Shown here in pieces: positions 1-8,820 of a stretch of 64,000 nucleotides of DNA. This DNA comes from an uncultured Chloroflexia bacterium. Lineage in GTDB: Bacteria; Chloroflexota; Limnocylindria; Limnocylindrales; CSP1-4. The DNA is taken from positions 154,500 to 218,499 of the forward strand of contig CAVYIM010000004.1 in the NCBI GenBank assembly GCA_963768655.1. Reading direction: 5' to 3'. The notes below the pieces were generated by a model. The model was not told the DNA's origin and ran no database searches. It saw only the letters and a list, made by a program, of their open reading frames with translations. How positions within the stretch are numbered: the first letter of the stretch is position 1; each line of letters begins with the position of its first letter. The position numbers and the translations under genes are program-made.

Positions 1-41
1 CTAGTGCGGCTTCAACTGGTTGCTCGGTAAGTCGATGGGCT

Positions 42-91
42 GAGCGCCGCCGGACCGCCGGACCTCACTCCGGCTGGTCCCGGCGGCGCTC
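42..91 (+). promoter_or_regulatory. GC-rich imperfect inverted repeat (stem-loop) upstream of the first ABC permease gene
   Basis: GAGCGCCGCCGG (42-53) is the exact reverse complement of CCGGCGGCGCTC (80-91). The stem continues imperfectly to a loop of about 10 nt (61-70). There is no U-tract. Confidence 0.4.
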
Positions 92-176
92 GCCGAACCC
101 TCTAGAATCGGTCGCCAGCTGCCGCGCCTGCGGGTCAAGCGGGGCACGTCCGTGCCAGGACGAAGCGAACCCGGCC

Positions 177-1103
177 ATGGGGCGAAAGGAGAGCAATGGC
201 ATGAGTCGGCGGTCCTCCCTGGACGGTGGCTATGCGATCTTCATGCTGCCGGGATTGGTCGCCTTCCTGGTCGTGATGGTTGGCCCCTTCCTGGCCACGA
301 TTGCCGTCAGCTTCACGACATGGAACGGCGTGCAAGTACCGAAATGGACCGGCGTAGACAACTACGTCAACTTGCTCAGCGACCCGTACTTCGTGGCATC
401 GTTCCAGAACACCTTCGTTCTGCTCCTGGCCATGGTCGTCATACCGACGATCTTGGGCTTGCTCCTGGCCGGTCTGCTCTACAGCTTCGTCGGCCGCAGG
501 TTTGGTCCGAGAACCGCCAGCTTCTTTCGTGCAGGCTTCTATCTCCCGCAGGTGATGCCCGTCGCGGTCGCCGGCGTCGTGTGGGGCTGGATACTCACTC
601 CCGACGGGGCCTTGAACTCGATCCTCCAGTCCGCAGGCCTCGGCGTCCTGGCCCAGAATTGGCTCGGCAACCCGGACATCGCTCTCTTCTCGGTGATGGG
701 AATGATGGTGTGGTTCCAGATCGGGTTCCCGCTGGTCATCTTCTTCACCGCACTTCAGCGAATGGATCAGACGATCATTGAGGCAGCGGCACTCGACGGA
801 GCTTCTGGCTGGCAAACATTCATACACGTGACGATCCACCAGATACGACCGGAGATATTCGTGGTTGTCCTGATGACGACCATTGCCACGTTCAAGGTAT
901 TCGCCCAGGTCTTTGTCCTGACAAGAGGTGGGCCTGGCACGGCCACCTACGTGCCGTCGTACTACACGTACTTGAACTTCTTCCAGAAGGACCAGGTCGG
1001 GCTTGGGTCGGCCGTAGCCACGATCGTGACCGTGGTCGTTCTCGTCGTTGCCGCAGTATTCATCAACTTCCAGGCGAGACGTGACCTTGCGAAGGAGTCC
1101 TAG
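177..1103 (+). CDS. carbohydrate ABC transporter permease (MalF/UgpA-like)
   Basis: 308-aa ORF with an ATG start. It has multiple hydrophobic helices and a binding-protein-dependent transport signature region (AAALDGASGWQTFIHVTIHQIRP). A second permease follows directly. Confidence 0.85.
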   Translation: MGRKESNGMSRRSSLDGGYAIFMLPGLVAFLVVMVGPFLATIAVSFTTWNGVQVPKWTGVDNYVNLLSDPYFVASFQNTFVLLLAMVVIPTILGLLLAGLLYSFVGRRFGPRTASFFRAGFYLPQVMPVAVAGVVWGWILTPDGALNSILQSAGLGVLAQNWLGNPDIALFSVMGMMVWFQIGFPLVIFFTALQRMDQTIIEAAALDGASGWQTFIHVTIHQIRPEIFVVVLMTTIATFKVFAQVFVLTRGGPGTATYVPSYYTYLNFFQKDQVGLGSAVATIVTVVVLVVAAVFINFQARRDLAKES

Positions 1104-1104
1104 C

Positions 1105-2010
1105 GTGGCCACGACCAGCGCTGCTGAATCGCGACCGGTACCGGTGGCCAGAGCTCCCCGCCGCCGGATGTCCATGTGGTCACGCGTCCTCGACGTCGTC
1201 CAGGCCTACGGAATCCTCCTCGGGCTTCTTGCACTACTCGTCGTGATGTTCGCGCCGTTCGCCATAATCGCGATCAATGCCGTTAAGACCCCGACGGACC
1301 TCGCTGCAAACGGGCCGTTGTCGTTGCCGCAGAATCCCACCATGGACAACATAGTCACGTTCTGGAACGCGGTGGACTTCGGCGGGGCACTGAGGAACAG
1401 CTTCGTCATCAGCTTGTTGGTGGCGATCTTCGCGACGATCCTGTCTCTGCTGAATGCCTTCGCGCTGGGAATCGGAAACGTGCGGGGCTCCGTGTGGTTG
1501 CTTGTATTCTTCATGCTGGCCAACATACTGCCCAATGAGGCCGTCGTGTATCCGCTGTACTACATGGCAAAGACGGTTGGCCTCTACAACACGCAGCTGG
1601 CTGTTGTCATCATCTTCACGGTGATTCAGAGTGCCTTTGGCACGTACTTCCTGGCGTCAGTCATGCGAGCGTTTCCACGGGAGATCCTGGATGCGGCCAG
1701 GGTCGATGGCTGCGGGAAGCTACAGCTTCTGGTCAGCGTCGTCGTGCCGATCATGCGACCGACCCTGGCGGTGCTGATGGTCTTTGCGTTCATCTGGACG
1801 TGGAATGAGTTCTACCTGCCCATGGTCTTTCTCATTTCCAACTCTCAGTACACGGTGCCGGTGGCAGTGGCCGTGACCCAGGGCCAGCACATGATGAATG
1901 AGAGTCAAGTGGCTGCGTCTGCGTTGTTGGGCGTTCTGCCTTGCGTATTGTTCTTCCTCGTGTTCCAGCGAACGCTGACGAGGGGGATCTACGCAGGGTC
2001 CTACAGGTAG
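1105..2010 (+). CDS. carbohydrate ABC transporter permease (MalG/UgpE-like)
   Basis: GTG at 1105 sits 7 nt after GAAGGAG and 1 nt after the upstream stop. An alternative ATG lies at 1168. Contains an EAA-like loop (DAARVDGCGKLQLLVSVVVPIMRP) and a multi-TM profile. Confidence 0.8.
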   Translation: MATTSAAESRPVPVARAPRRRMSMWSRVLDVVQAYGILLGLLALLVVMFAPFAIIAINAVKTPTDLAANGPLSLPQNPTMDNIVTFWNAVDFGGALRNSFVISLLVAIFATILSLLNAFALGIGNVRGSVWLLVFFMLANILPNEAVVYPLYYMAKTVGLYNTQLAVVIIFTVIQSAFGTYFLASVMRAFPREILDAARVDGCGKLQLLVSVVVPIMRPTLAVLMVFAFIWTWNEFYLPMVFLISNSQYTVPVAVAVTQGQHMMNESQVAASALLGVLPCVLFFLVFQRTLTRGIYAGSYR

Positions 2011-2149
2011 GAAGGCAGCCCTTCGAGAACGACAAGAGCCGTGGTCGGCGAGGAGTCTTGCAGGTTCGCTCTGGCCTTGGAGGCCTACCCCTGGGTGGCG
2101 TCCGGTCCGCGGTGGACGTGGATGGCAGGTGTTCGAGAAGCGAGGATTC

Positions 2150-4549
2150 ATGAAGTTCAGGGACGGCTACTGGCTGTTGCGTGACGGCGTACGGGCGTAC
2201 CATCCGGCGGTCGTCCACCGCGTCACCGCCGCCGAAGACACGCTGACAGTCTTGGCGCCCGCAGTCGCGCCGCAGGATCGCTCCGAGATGCACGATCTCG
2301 TAGCCCTGACGATTGAGCTGTCGTCCCCCACGGTCAACGTCATCCGCGTTCGTCTGACGCACCATGCCGGCGGGCGAGCCAGTGGGCCCTACTTCCCGAT
2401 CTTCCCCGGCCACGCCCCGGACGTCCGAGTTGAGGTCGACGAGTCGGTGGCGAGCCTCCAGTCGGGCCGGCTCGTCGCGCGCATCCATCGAACGGGTCCC
2501 TGGAGCCTGGACTTCGTAGCCGACGGTCGGATTCTCACCAGCAGCGACGCGACGAGCATGGCCGCGATCGAATGGCATGGCCACGACGGGCATGGCCAGG
2601 ACGGCAGGGAGGCGGGGCACTTCATGGCCGACGCTCTCTCGCTCGGCGTGGGCGAGCACGTCTACGGTCTGGGCGAGCGCTTCGGCCCGTTCGTCAAGAA
2701 CGGCCAGTCGATCGACATCTGGAACCGCGATGGCGGCACGGGCTCGGAACAAGCCTACAAGAACGTGCCGTTCTACATGACCGACGCCGGCTACGGCGTC
2801 TTCGTCAACGAGCCGGGAAAGGTCGACTTCGAGGTCGCGACGGAGCGCGTCGACCGGGTCGGCTTCAGCGTCGAGGGCCAATCGCTCGAGTACCTCGTCA
2901 TCTACGGCCCCAGCCCCAAGGAAGTGTTGGAGAGGTTCACCGGCCTAGTGGGCCGGCCGGCCCTGCCCCCGGCCTGGTCGTTCGGGCTGTGGCTGTCGAC
3001 CTCGTTCACTACTGATTACGACGAGGCGACTGTGACGAGCCTGGTCGAAGGCATGGCCGAGCGGGACATTCCCCTGAGCGTCTTCCACTTCAATTCGTTC
3101 TGGATGCGCGACTTCCAGTGGGTCGACTTCAGCTGGGACGAGCGGACGTTCCCCGACCCGGCCGGCATGCTCGCCCGGCTCCATGAGCGCGGTCTGCGGA
3201 TCTGCGTCTGGATCAACCCCTACGTCGCCCAGGCTTCGCCACTCTTCGCCGAGGCGGCCGCGGCCGGTTACCTGCTCCGCCGCCCAAACGGCGACATCTG
3301 GCAGAGCGACCAGTGGCAGCCGGGCATGGGCATCGTGGACTTCACCAACCCCGACGTCCGAGCCTGGTACCGCTCGAAACTCGCCGCTCTGCTCGACCAG
3401 GGCGTCGACTGCTTCAAGACCGATTTCGGAGAGCGCATTCCGACCGACGTCGTCTGGCACGATGGTTCAGACCCGGAGCGGATGCACAACTTCTATCCGT
3501 ACCTGTACAACGAGACGGTCTTCGAGTTGCTCCGCGAGCGCCGCGGCCGCGGCGAGGCGGTTGTCTTCGCCCGCTCGGCGACGGCCTGCAGCTGGCTGTT
3601 CCCGGTCCACTGGGGCGGCGACTGCGAGAGCACATTCCTGTCCATGGCCGATACCCTGCGCGGCGGGCTGTCTCTCGGCCTGTCCGGCTTCGGCTTCTGG
3701 AGCCACGACATCGGCGGTTTCGAAGGTACGCCCCCGGCGGCTGTCTACCAGCGCTGGGCCCAGTTCGGTCTGTTGAGCTCGCACAGCCGGCTCCACGGCA
3801 GCAATTCCTACCGCGTTCCGTGGCTGGTCGACCATCAGTCCGTCGAGGTGGTAAGGGCCTTCGCACGCCTCAAATGCCGCCTCATGCCTTACCTGTATCA
3901 GGCGGCCGTGGAGACTTCGCGGGGAGGCGTGCCGATGATGCGCGCCATGTTGCTGGAGTTCCCCGACGACCCGACAGCTGCCTTTCTCGACCGCCAGTAC
4001 ATGCTCGGGGAGTCGCTGCTGGTGGCGCCGATCTTTGCCGCGGACGGCCAGGTCACCTACTACGTCCCGGCAGGGCGCTGGACGAACCTCGTCAGCGGCG
4101 CCACGCTGCGGGGGCCGGGTTGGATCAAGGAGCGCCACGATTTCTCTGGCATGCCTCTCCTGGTCCGGCCCGGGTCGGTGATCGCCATGGGCGCCCGGAG
4201 CGACAGGGCCGACTATGATTTCGCGGACGGCGTGACTCTCCGCGCATACGAACTGGCGGAGGCGGTGAAGGTGACCGTCGCGGTGCCCGAGGTGCACGGC
4301 GGCGCCGACTCCGCCTTCGAAGTGACCCGGGCCGCCGGGGCCGTCCTCGCGGTGCGGGTTCGGGGGTCCAAGTCGTGGCGGTTCTTGCTGGCCAACGAGA
4401 CGTCCGTTGGGGAGGTCACGGGCGGCTCCGTCGAGAGCACGCCTGAAGGGATACTCGTCACAGCCGCCGCCGACTCGGATCGAATCGAGATCGAGCTGCC
4501 TCACGATCGGTCACAGTCGGGGGGCGGCCACTCAACTGGCGAAAGGTGA
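2150..4549 (+). CDS. GH31 alpha-xylosidase/alpha-glucosidase (YicI-like), paralog 1
   Basis: N-terminus MKFRDGYWLL, catalytic region GVDCFKTDFGERIPTDV, plus WGGDC and FWSHDIGGF motifs typical of GH31 YicI-type enzymes. Confidence 0.85.
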   Translation: MKFRDGYWLLRDGVRAYHPAVVHRVTAAEDTLTVLAPAVAPQDRSEMHDLVALTIELSSPTVNVIRVRLTHHAGGRASGPYFPIFPGHAPDVRVEVDESVASLQSGRLVARIHRTGPWSLDFVADGRILTSSDATSMAAIEWHGHDGHGQDGREAGHFMADALSLGVGEHVYGLGERFGPFVKNGQSIDIWNRDGGTGSEQAYKNVPFYMTDAGYGVFVNEPGKVDFEVATERVDRVGFSVEGQSLEYLVIYGPSPKEVLERFTGLVGRPALPPAWSFGLWLSTSFTTDYDEATVTSLVEGMAERDIPLSVFHFNSFWMRDFQWVDFSWDERTFPDPAGMLARLHERGLRICVWINPYVAQASPLFAEAAAAGYLLRRPNGDIWQSDQWQPGMGIVDFTNPDVRAWYRSKLAALLDQGVDCFKTDFGERIPTDVVWHDGSDPERMHNFYPYLYNETVFELLRERRGRGEAVVFARSATACSWLFPVHWGGDCESTFLSMADTLRGGLSLGLSGFGFWSHDIGGFEGTPPAAVYQRWAQFGLLSSHSRLHGSNSYRVPWLVDHQSVEVVRAFARLKCRLMPYLYQAAVETSRGGVPMMRAMLLEFPDDPTAAFLDRQYMLGESLLVAPIFAADGQVTYYVPAGRWTNLVSGATLRGPGWIKERHDFSGMPLLVRPGSVIAMGARSDRADYDFADGVTLRAYELAEAVKVTVAVPEVHGGADSAFEVTRAAGAVLAVRVRGSKSWRFLLANETSVGEVTGGSVESTPEGILVTAAADSDRIEIELPHDRSQSGGGHSTGER

Positions 4550-4559
4550 GCAACCGGCC

Positions 4560-6884
4560 ATGAAGTTCTCGGATGGCTACTGGCGGATGCGCCCCGGCGT
4601 CACGGCCTGGCACCCGGTCGAGGCGTACGACGTGTGCGAGTCGCTGGACGCGCTCACGATCTACGCGCCGACCCGCAGGATCGAGCACCGCGGCCACACC
4701 CTCGGCGGCCCCCTCGTGACCATCCGGCTGAGTTCGCCGCTGCCCGATGTCATCGGCGTCCGCCTGACGCACTTCGAGGGCGAGGTCCGGCAGAAGCCCG
4801 AATTCCAGCTCGCGGCCGCGCCGGGGCCTGTCGTGGTATCGGCGACCGACGAGTCCGCGGAGCTCACGTCGGGCAGGCTGACGGTCCGGGTGGGCCGCGA
4901 TGGCGAGTGGGGTATCGACTTCGAAGCCGACGATCGAGTTCTGACCTCGAGTGAGCCCAAGGGCATCGGCATCGTCGAGTCAGACGGCCACCACTACATG
5001 GTCGAGCAACTCGGCCTGGGGGTCGGGGAGTGCGTATACGGGCTCGGTGAACGGTTCGGGCCGCTGGTGAAGAATGGGCAATCGATCGACGTCTGGAACA
5101 GGGACGGCGGAACGAGCAGCGAGCAGGCCTACAAGAACATACCGTTCTACCTGACCAACCGCGGCTACGGCGTGTTCGTGAACCATCCGGGCCTGGTCTC
5201 GTTCGAGGTCGGTTCGGAGGCCGTCTCCCGCGTCCAGTTCAGCGTCGACGGCCATGCGCTCGAGTACTTCGTCATCTACGGCCCGAGCCCGAAGGAGATC
5301 CTAGAGAAATACACCGCCCTCACTGGCCGGCCCGCCCTGCCGCCGGCCTGGTCGTTCGGGCTGTGGCTGAGCACGTCGTTCACCACCGCGTACGACGAGA
5401 CGACGGTGATGAGCTTCATCCGGGGCATGACCGAGCGCAATCTACCGATGAGCGTCTTCCACTTCGATTCGTTCTGGATGCGTGAGTTCAACTGGTGCGA
5501 CTTCGCCTGGGACCCGCGGACCTTTCCAGATCCACGGGGCATGCTCGCCCGCCTGAAGGGGGACGGCCTGCGGATCAGCCTGTGGATCAACCCATACATC
5601 GCCCAGCGCTCGCCGCTGTTCGCCGAGGGCCGCGACGGGGGCTACCTTCTCAAGCGTCCGAACGGCGACGTATGGCAGTGGGACCTCTGGCAGCCCGGGA
5701 TGGGCCTGGTGGACTTCACCAACCCGGAGGCGCGACGCTGGTACGCCAGCAAGCTCGACGCCCTCCTCGACATGGGCGTCGACTGCTTCAAGACAGACTT
5801 CGGTGAGCGCATCCCCACCGACGTGGTCTACTTCGACGGCTCCGATCCGGAGCTCATGCACAACTACTACCCGTATCTCTACAACCGGACGGTCTTCGAG
5901 CTGCTCGAGAAGAGGCGGGGCAAAGGCGAAGCCGTGGTGTTCGCCCGCTCGGCGACGGCCGGGACCCAGCAGTTCCCGGTCCACTGGGGCGGGGATTGCT
6001 CCTCGACCTTCGAGTCTATGGCCGAGAGCCTGCGCGGCGGGCTCTCGCTCGGACTGTCCGGCTTCGGCTTCTGGAGCCACGACATCGGCGGGTTCGAGGG
6101 CACGCCGCCGGCGTCGGTGTTCAAGCGCTGGATCGCATTCGGCCTGTTGTCCTCGCACAGCCGGCTCCATGCCAACGAGTCCTACCGGGTTCCTTGGCTG
6201 TTCGACGAAGAGGCCGTCGACGTCATGCGCACCTTCAGCGAGCTCAAGAACCGCCTGATGCCGTACCTCTACGGCGTGGCCGTCGAGGCGCACGAGCGCG
6301 GCATCCCCACGATGCGGGCGATGTGTTTCGAGTTCCCCGACGACCCGGCATGCAGCTACCTCGATCGTCAGTACATGCTCGGCGACCGCCTCCTCGTGGC
6401 GCCGGTCTTCTCGGAATCCGGGACCGTTTCGTACTACGTCCCGGCGGGGAGGTGGACGAACCTGCTCAGCGGCGCCGTCGTCGAAGGGCCGGGCTGGCGG
6501 GAGGAAAGCCATTCGTATTCGAGCCTGCCTTTGCTGGTCCGACCGAATTCGGTCCTCCCGATGGGCGAATGCGAGACCAGGGCGGACTACGACTTCCGGT
6601 CAGGCGTCACGCTGCGGGCCTACGCGATCGAGGACGGCGCCCGGGTCAGGGTGGCGGTCCCGTCGCAGGACGGGGCGCCAGGCCTGACGTTCGACCTGCA
6701 CCGCAAGGGCCGGCAGGTGACGATCAAGCCCCACGGGGCAGCCGTGGGCTGGCGCCTGCTCCTGGCGGGAGAGGACGTCGAGTCGGCCAGTGGCGGAACC
6801 GCCGAAGCCACGGCAGAGGGCGCGCTCGTGCGGCCGGCGTCGCCGAACGCAGTTGTCGAGCTGACCCTTCGCGCCGTTCGCTGA
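4560..6884 (+). CDS. GH31 alpha-xylosidase/alpha-glucosidase (YicI-like), paralog 2
   Basis: Starts MKFSDGYWRM, 10 nt after the stop of paralog 1. Carries the same GVDCFKTDFGERIPTDV, WGGDC and FWSHDIGGF motifs and is collinear with paralog 1 throughout. Confidence 0.85.
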   Translation: MKFSDGYWRMRPGVTAWHPVEAYDVCESLDALTIYAPTRRIEHRGHTLGGPLVTIRLSSPLPDVIGVRLTHFEGEVRQKPEFQLAAAPGPVVVSATDESAELTSGRLTVRVGRDGEWGIDFEADDRVLTSSEPKGIGIVESDGHHYMVEQLGLGVGECVYGLGERFGPLVKNGQSIDVWNRDGGTSSEQAYKNIPFYLTNRGYGVFVNHPGLVSFEVGSEAVSRVQFSVDGHALEYFVIYGPSPKEILEKYTALTGRPALPPAWSFGLWLSTSFTTAYDETTVMSFIRGMTERNLPMSVFHFDSFWMREFNWCDFAWDPRTFPDPRGMLARLKGDGLRISLWINPYIAQRSPLFAEGRDGGYLLKRPNGDVWQWDLWQPGMGLVDFTNPEARRWYASKLDALLDMGVDCFKTDFGERIPTDVVYFDGSDPELMHNYYPYLYNRTVFELLEKRRGKGEAVVFARSATAGTQQFPVHWGGDCSSTFESMAESLRGGLSLGLSGFGFWSHDIGGFEGTPPASVFKRWIAFGLLSSHSRLHANESYRVPWLFDEEAVDVMRTFSELKNRLMPYLYGVAVEAHERGIPTMRAMCFEFPDDPACSYLDRQYMLGDRLLVAPVFSESGTVSYYVPAGRWTNLLSGAVVEGPGWREESHSYSSLPLLVRPNSVLPMGECETRADYDFRSGVTLRAYAIEDGARVRVAVPSQDGAPGLTFDLHRKGRQVTIKPHGAAVGWRLLLAGEDVESASGGTAEATAEGALVRPASPNAVVELTLRAVR

Positions 6885-6976
6885 CCGCCCCTCCTCCGGC
6901 AGGCTCGGCCCGAGGCGCCGGCCGTCAGGGTTCGGAATCCCCGGCCGCGGTCACGCGCGAGCGTCCACCCGTCTCG

Positions 6977-7393
6977 CTAGCGGCGCGTCGAGACGGGAGC
7001 GGCTGCCTTCCGCATACCCAGGAGCCGGCGGGCGAGCGGCTCATTGTCGACGGAGAGCGACCACTCGGCCCGACCATTGTGCCGGCCGACGACGCAGCAG
7101 CCCGTCAGGACCACGCCGCCGTGCTCGAGGCGCGAGGTGAGGCTGCCCAGAGCGCCGGGCGTGTCCTCGATCTCGACGATGAGCGTGGAGCCGATGACGT
7201 ACGAGTAGCCCATGCTGCGGAGCACGTCGGCGGTGGCCTCGTCGTTGTCCGTGTAGAGCAGGGCGCAGGCCATCTCGCCGGCCGCGCTGCCCTGGATCTG
7301 GGTGAGGTTGATGCCGCGTGCGCACAGGCCCGTGGCCAGGTGAGCGAGCTCACCCGGCCGATTCGGCAGCTGGACTACGAACGGTTGAGCCAT
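6977..7393 (-). CDS. tandem-ACT-domain small protein (138 aa), paralog B
   Basis: An internal ATG of the 6977..7801 ORF gives MAQPFVVQLPNRPGELAHL. Two ACT-like halves are visible (VVQLPNRPGEL... and IVEIEDTPGAL...). It is collinear with the upstream paralog. Confidence 0.7.
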   Translation of the reverse strand: MAQPFVVQLPNRPGELAHLATGLCARGINLTQIQGSAAGEMACALLYTDNDEATADVLRSMGYSYVIGSTLIVEIEDTPGALGSLTSRLEHGGVVLTGCCVVGRHNGRAEWSLSVDNEPLARRLLGMRKAAAPVSTRR

Positions 7394-7452
7394 GGTCTCT
7401 CTCCCGGTAGCGTCGCGACCTTGATGTGCCCCTCCGTGCGCGGGCGAATCGG

Positions 7453-7869
7453 CTAGCGAGGCGACCCCGTCGTGCTTGCGGCCGGAATCCCCAGGATCTG
7501 GCGAGCGACTTCCTCGCGGTCCACTGACAGCGCCCACGTAGCCAGGCCGTTGGCCCGACTCAAGACGCAGCAGCCCGAGATGTTGACCCCGGCGCCTGAG
7601 AGCCGGTCGCTCACCTCGCCGAGGGCGCAGGGCGTGTCTTCGATCTGGACGATCAGGCTCGACCCGGCTACGAAGGGGTAGCCCATGCTGTGGAGGACTT
7701 CCCTCGTATCGTCGTCGCAGCAGTCGGTGTAGATCTCGGCGCAGGTGAGGTCGCCGGCGGTGCTCTGGTGGACCTGGACGATGTTGACGCCGCGCGCGCA
7801 CAGGGCCTTGGCCAGATGGGCCAGTTCGCCCGGCCGATTGGGCAGCTGAACGACGAATTGTTGGCTCAT
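7453..7869 (-). CDS. tandem-ACT-domain small protein (138 aa), paralog A
   Basis: Starts MSQQFVVQLPNRPGELAHL. A strong SD (GGGAGGGAG) lies just upstream of the ATG. Same two-ACT layout as paralog B. Confidence 0.7.
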   Translation of the reverse strand: MSQQFVVQLPNRPGELAHLAKALCARGVNIVQVHQSTAGDLTCAEIYTDCCDDDTREVLHSMGYPFVAGSSLIVQIEDTPCALGEVSDRLSGAGVNISGCCVLSRANGLATWALSVDREEVARQILGIPAASTTGSPR

Positions 7870-7983
7870 GTCTCCCTCCCGACGATACTGTCAGGCGGTA
7901 GGAGGTGCACCCCGGCCGGCAGGTCCCCGATCTGTCGCCCGTTGCTCGTGGACGAGGCCGGCGCCGTGCCGGCGAAGACTAGA

Positions 7984-8280
7984 CTAGCCGATTGCCACCT
8001 CCCTGTGCTCCGGGTCTTTGGGCCCGGGTGGCCCGCCGCGCTCGACGTCCATGGCCGCCAGCCGCACGCCCTCCCCGGGGATCCTCTGGATGACGAGCTC
8101 GGCGCCCTCGGCGCACGATCCGACCGACACCTCGCTCCAGGCGTAGCGCAGCGCGTCTTCGGTGTGCTCGTCGTCCTCGCCGAGCAGCACGTGGACGGCG
8201 GCGACCCGAGTCACCTCCAGGGCAGTGGCGCGCTCGACGACCTTGTCCAGAACCGCCTGGGCGAGCATGGCCTGGTGCAT
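7984..8280 (-). CDS. HypA-like hydrogenase nickel-insertion protein, N-terminal domain only (no CxxC zinc site)
   Basis: 98 aa. MHQAMLAQAVLDKVVERA...RVAAVHVLLGE...CAEGAELVI aligns by eye with the first ~70 aa of E. coli HypA (MHE..., ...RVTGVWLKIGA...VAEGCKLHL). It has only one Cys and no CxxC...CxxC motif. Confidence 0.55.
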   Translation of the reverse strand: MHQAMLAQAVLDKVVERATALEVTRVAAVHVLLGEDDEHTEDALRYAWSEVSVGSCAEGAELVIQRIPGEGVRLAAMDVERGGPPGPKDPEHREVAIG

Positions 8281-8282
8281 GG

Positions 8283-8807
8283 CTACCGGGCTCCTGCGGC
8301 GACCAGCTCGACGACGGCCTGGGCCGCCGCCGGGATCGCCGCCTCGACCGCCGGGCTCAGCGCCTCGCTGAACTCGTCGGTTCGCCGGGCCTGGACGGTG
8401 ACCGCGTGAATGCTCTCGGGCAGGCTCGCCCCGAGGCGCCTGCCCAGCGTCAGCGCCGTGCGAAGGGAGGCGTCGTGGGCAGAGTCGAGGTGGCCGGCCG
8501 CGAACTCGGCCAGTTCGTCGAAAGAGCAGGACCGAACCTCACCGATGGGACGGTTCGGGAACTCGGCGGCGTCCACCAGGATGGCCGCCTCGTAGCCGGT
8601 CAGGCATTCCATCAGGCGCAGGCCGCCGACGCCCAGCCGCTCGATCTCGACGTCAGGGATCGTGCGGCCTGCCTCCTGGGCCGCGCGAATCAGACCCTCG
8701 ACCTCGTCGGCGACGCGCCAGCCAACGCCGTCGTCGCCGAGCAGCGGGTTGCCCAGCCCGACGACGATCGTTCGGGGCTGCCGGTCGCCGGAGACGTGAT
8801 CGGCCAT
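8283..8807 (-). CDS. [NiFe] hydrogenase maturation endopeptidase (HycI/HybD/FrhD family)
   Basis: Contains the VVGLGNPLLGDDGVGWRV motif typical of this family. Lies immediately downstream of the large subunit gene. Confidence 0.85.
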   Translation of the reverse strand: MADHVSGDRQPRTIVVGLGNPLLGDDGVGWRVADEVEGLIRAAQEAGRTIPDVEIERLGVGGLRLMECLTGYEAAILVDAAEFPNRPIGEVRSCSFDELAEFAAGHLDSAHDASLRTALTLGRRLGASLPESIHAVTVQARRTDEFSEALSPAVEAAIPAAAQAVVELVAAGAR

Positions 8808-8820
8808 GCAGATATCCGAT

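Noticed and set aside
1-30. Possible 3' end of an upstream gene (frame 1 ends at TAA 28-30), presumably the ABC solute-binding protein.
   Set aside because: Only 9 codons are visible, which is too few to support any call.
135-1175. Long antisense or off-frame ORFs throughout the window. Examples: 135..1175(-), 1832..2881(-), 3467..4504(-), 8905..10383(+), 11947..12921(+), 40138..41841(-), 47004..49283(-), 49462..52161(-), 52020..53561(-), 59600..60961(-).
   Set aside because: They lie opposite to, or out of frame with, genes that have clear family motifs. Their products are Arg/Pro/Gly-rich and low in complexity, as expected for shadow ORFs in GC-rich DNA. None has a recognisable motif or SD.
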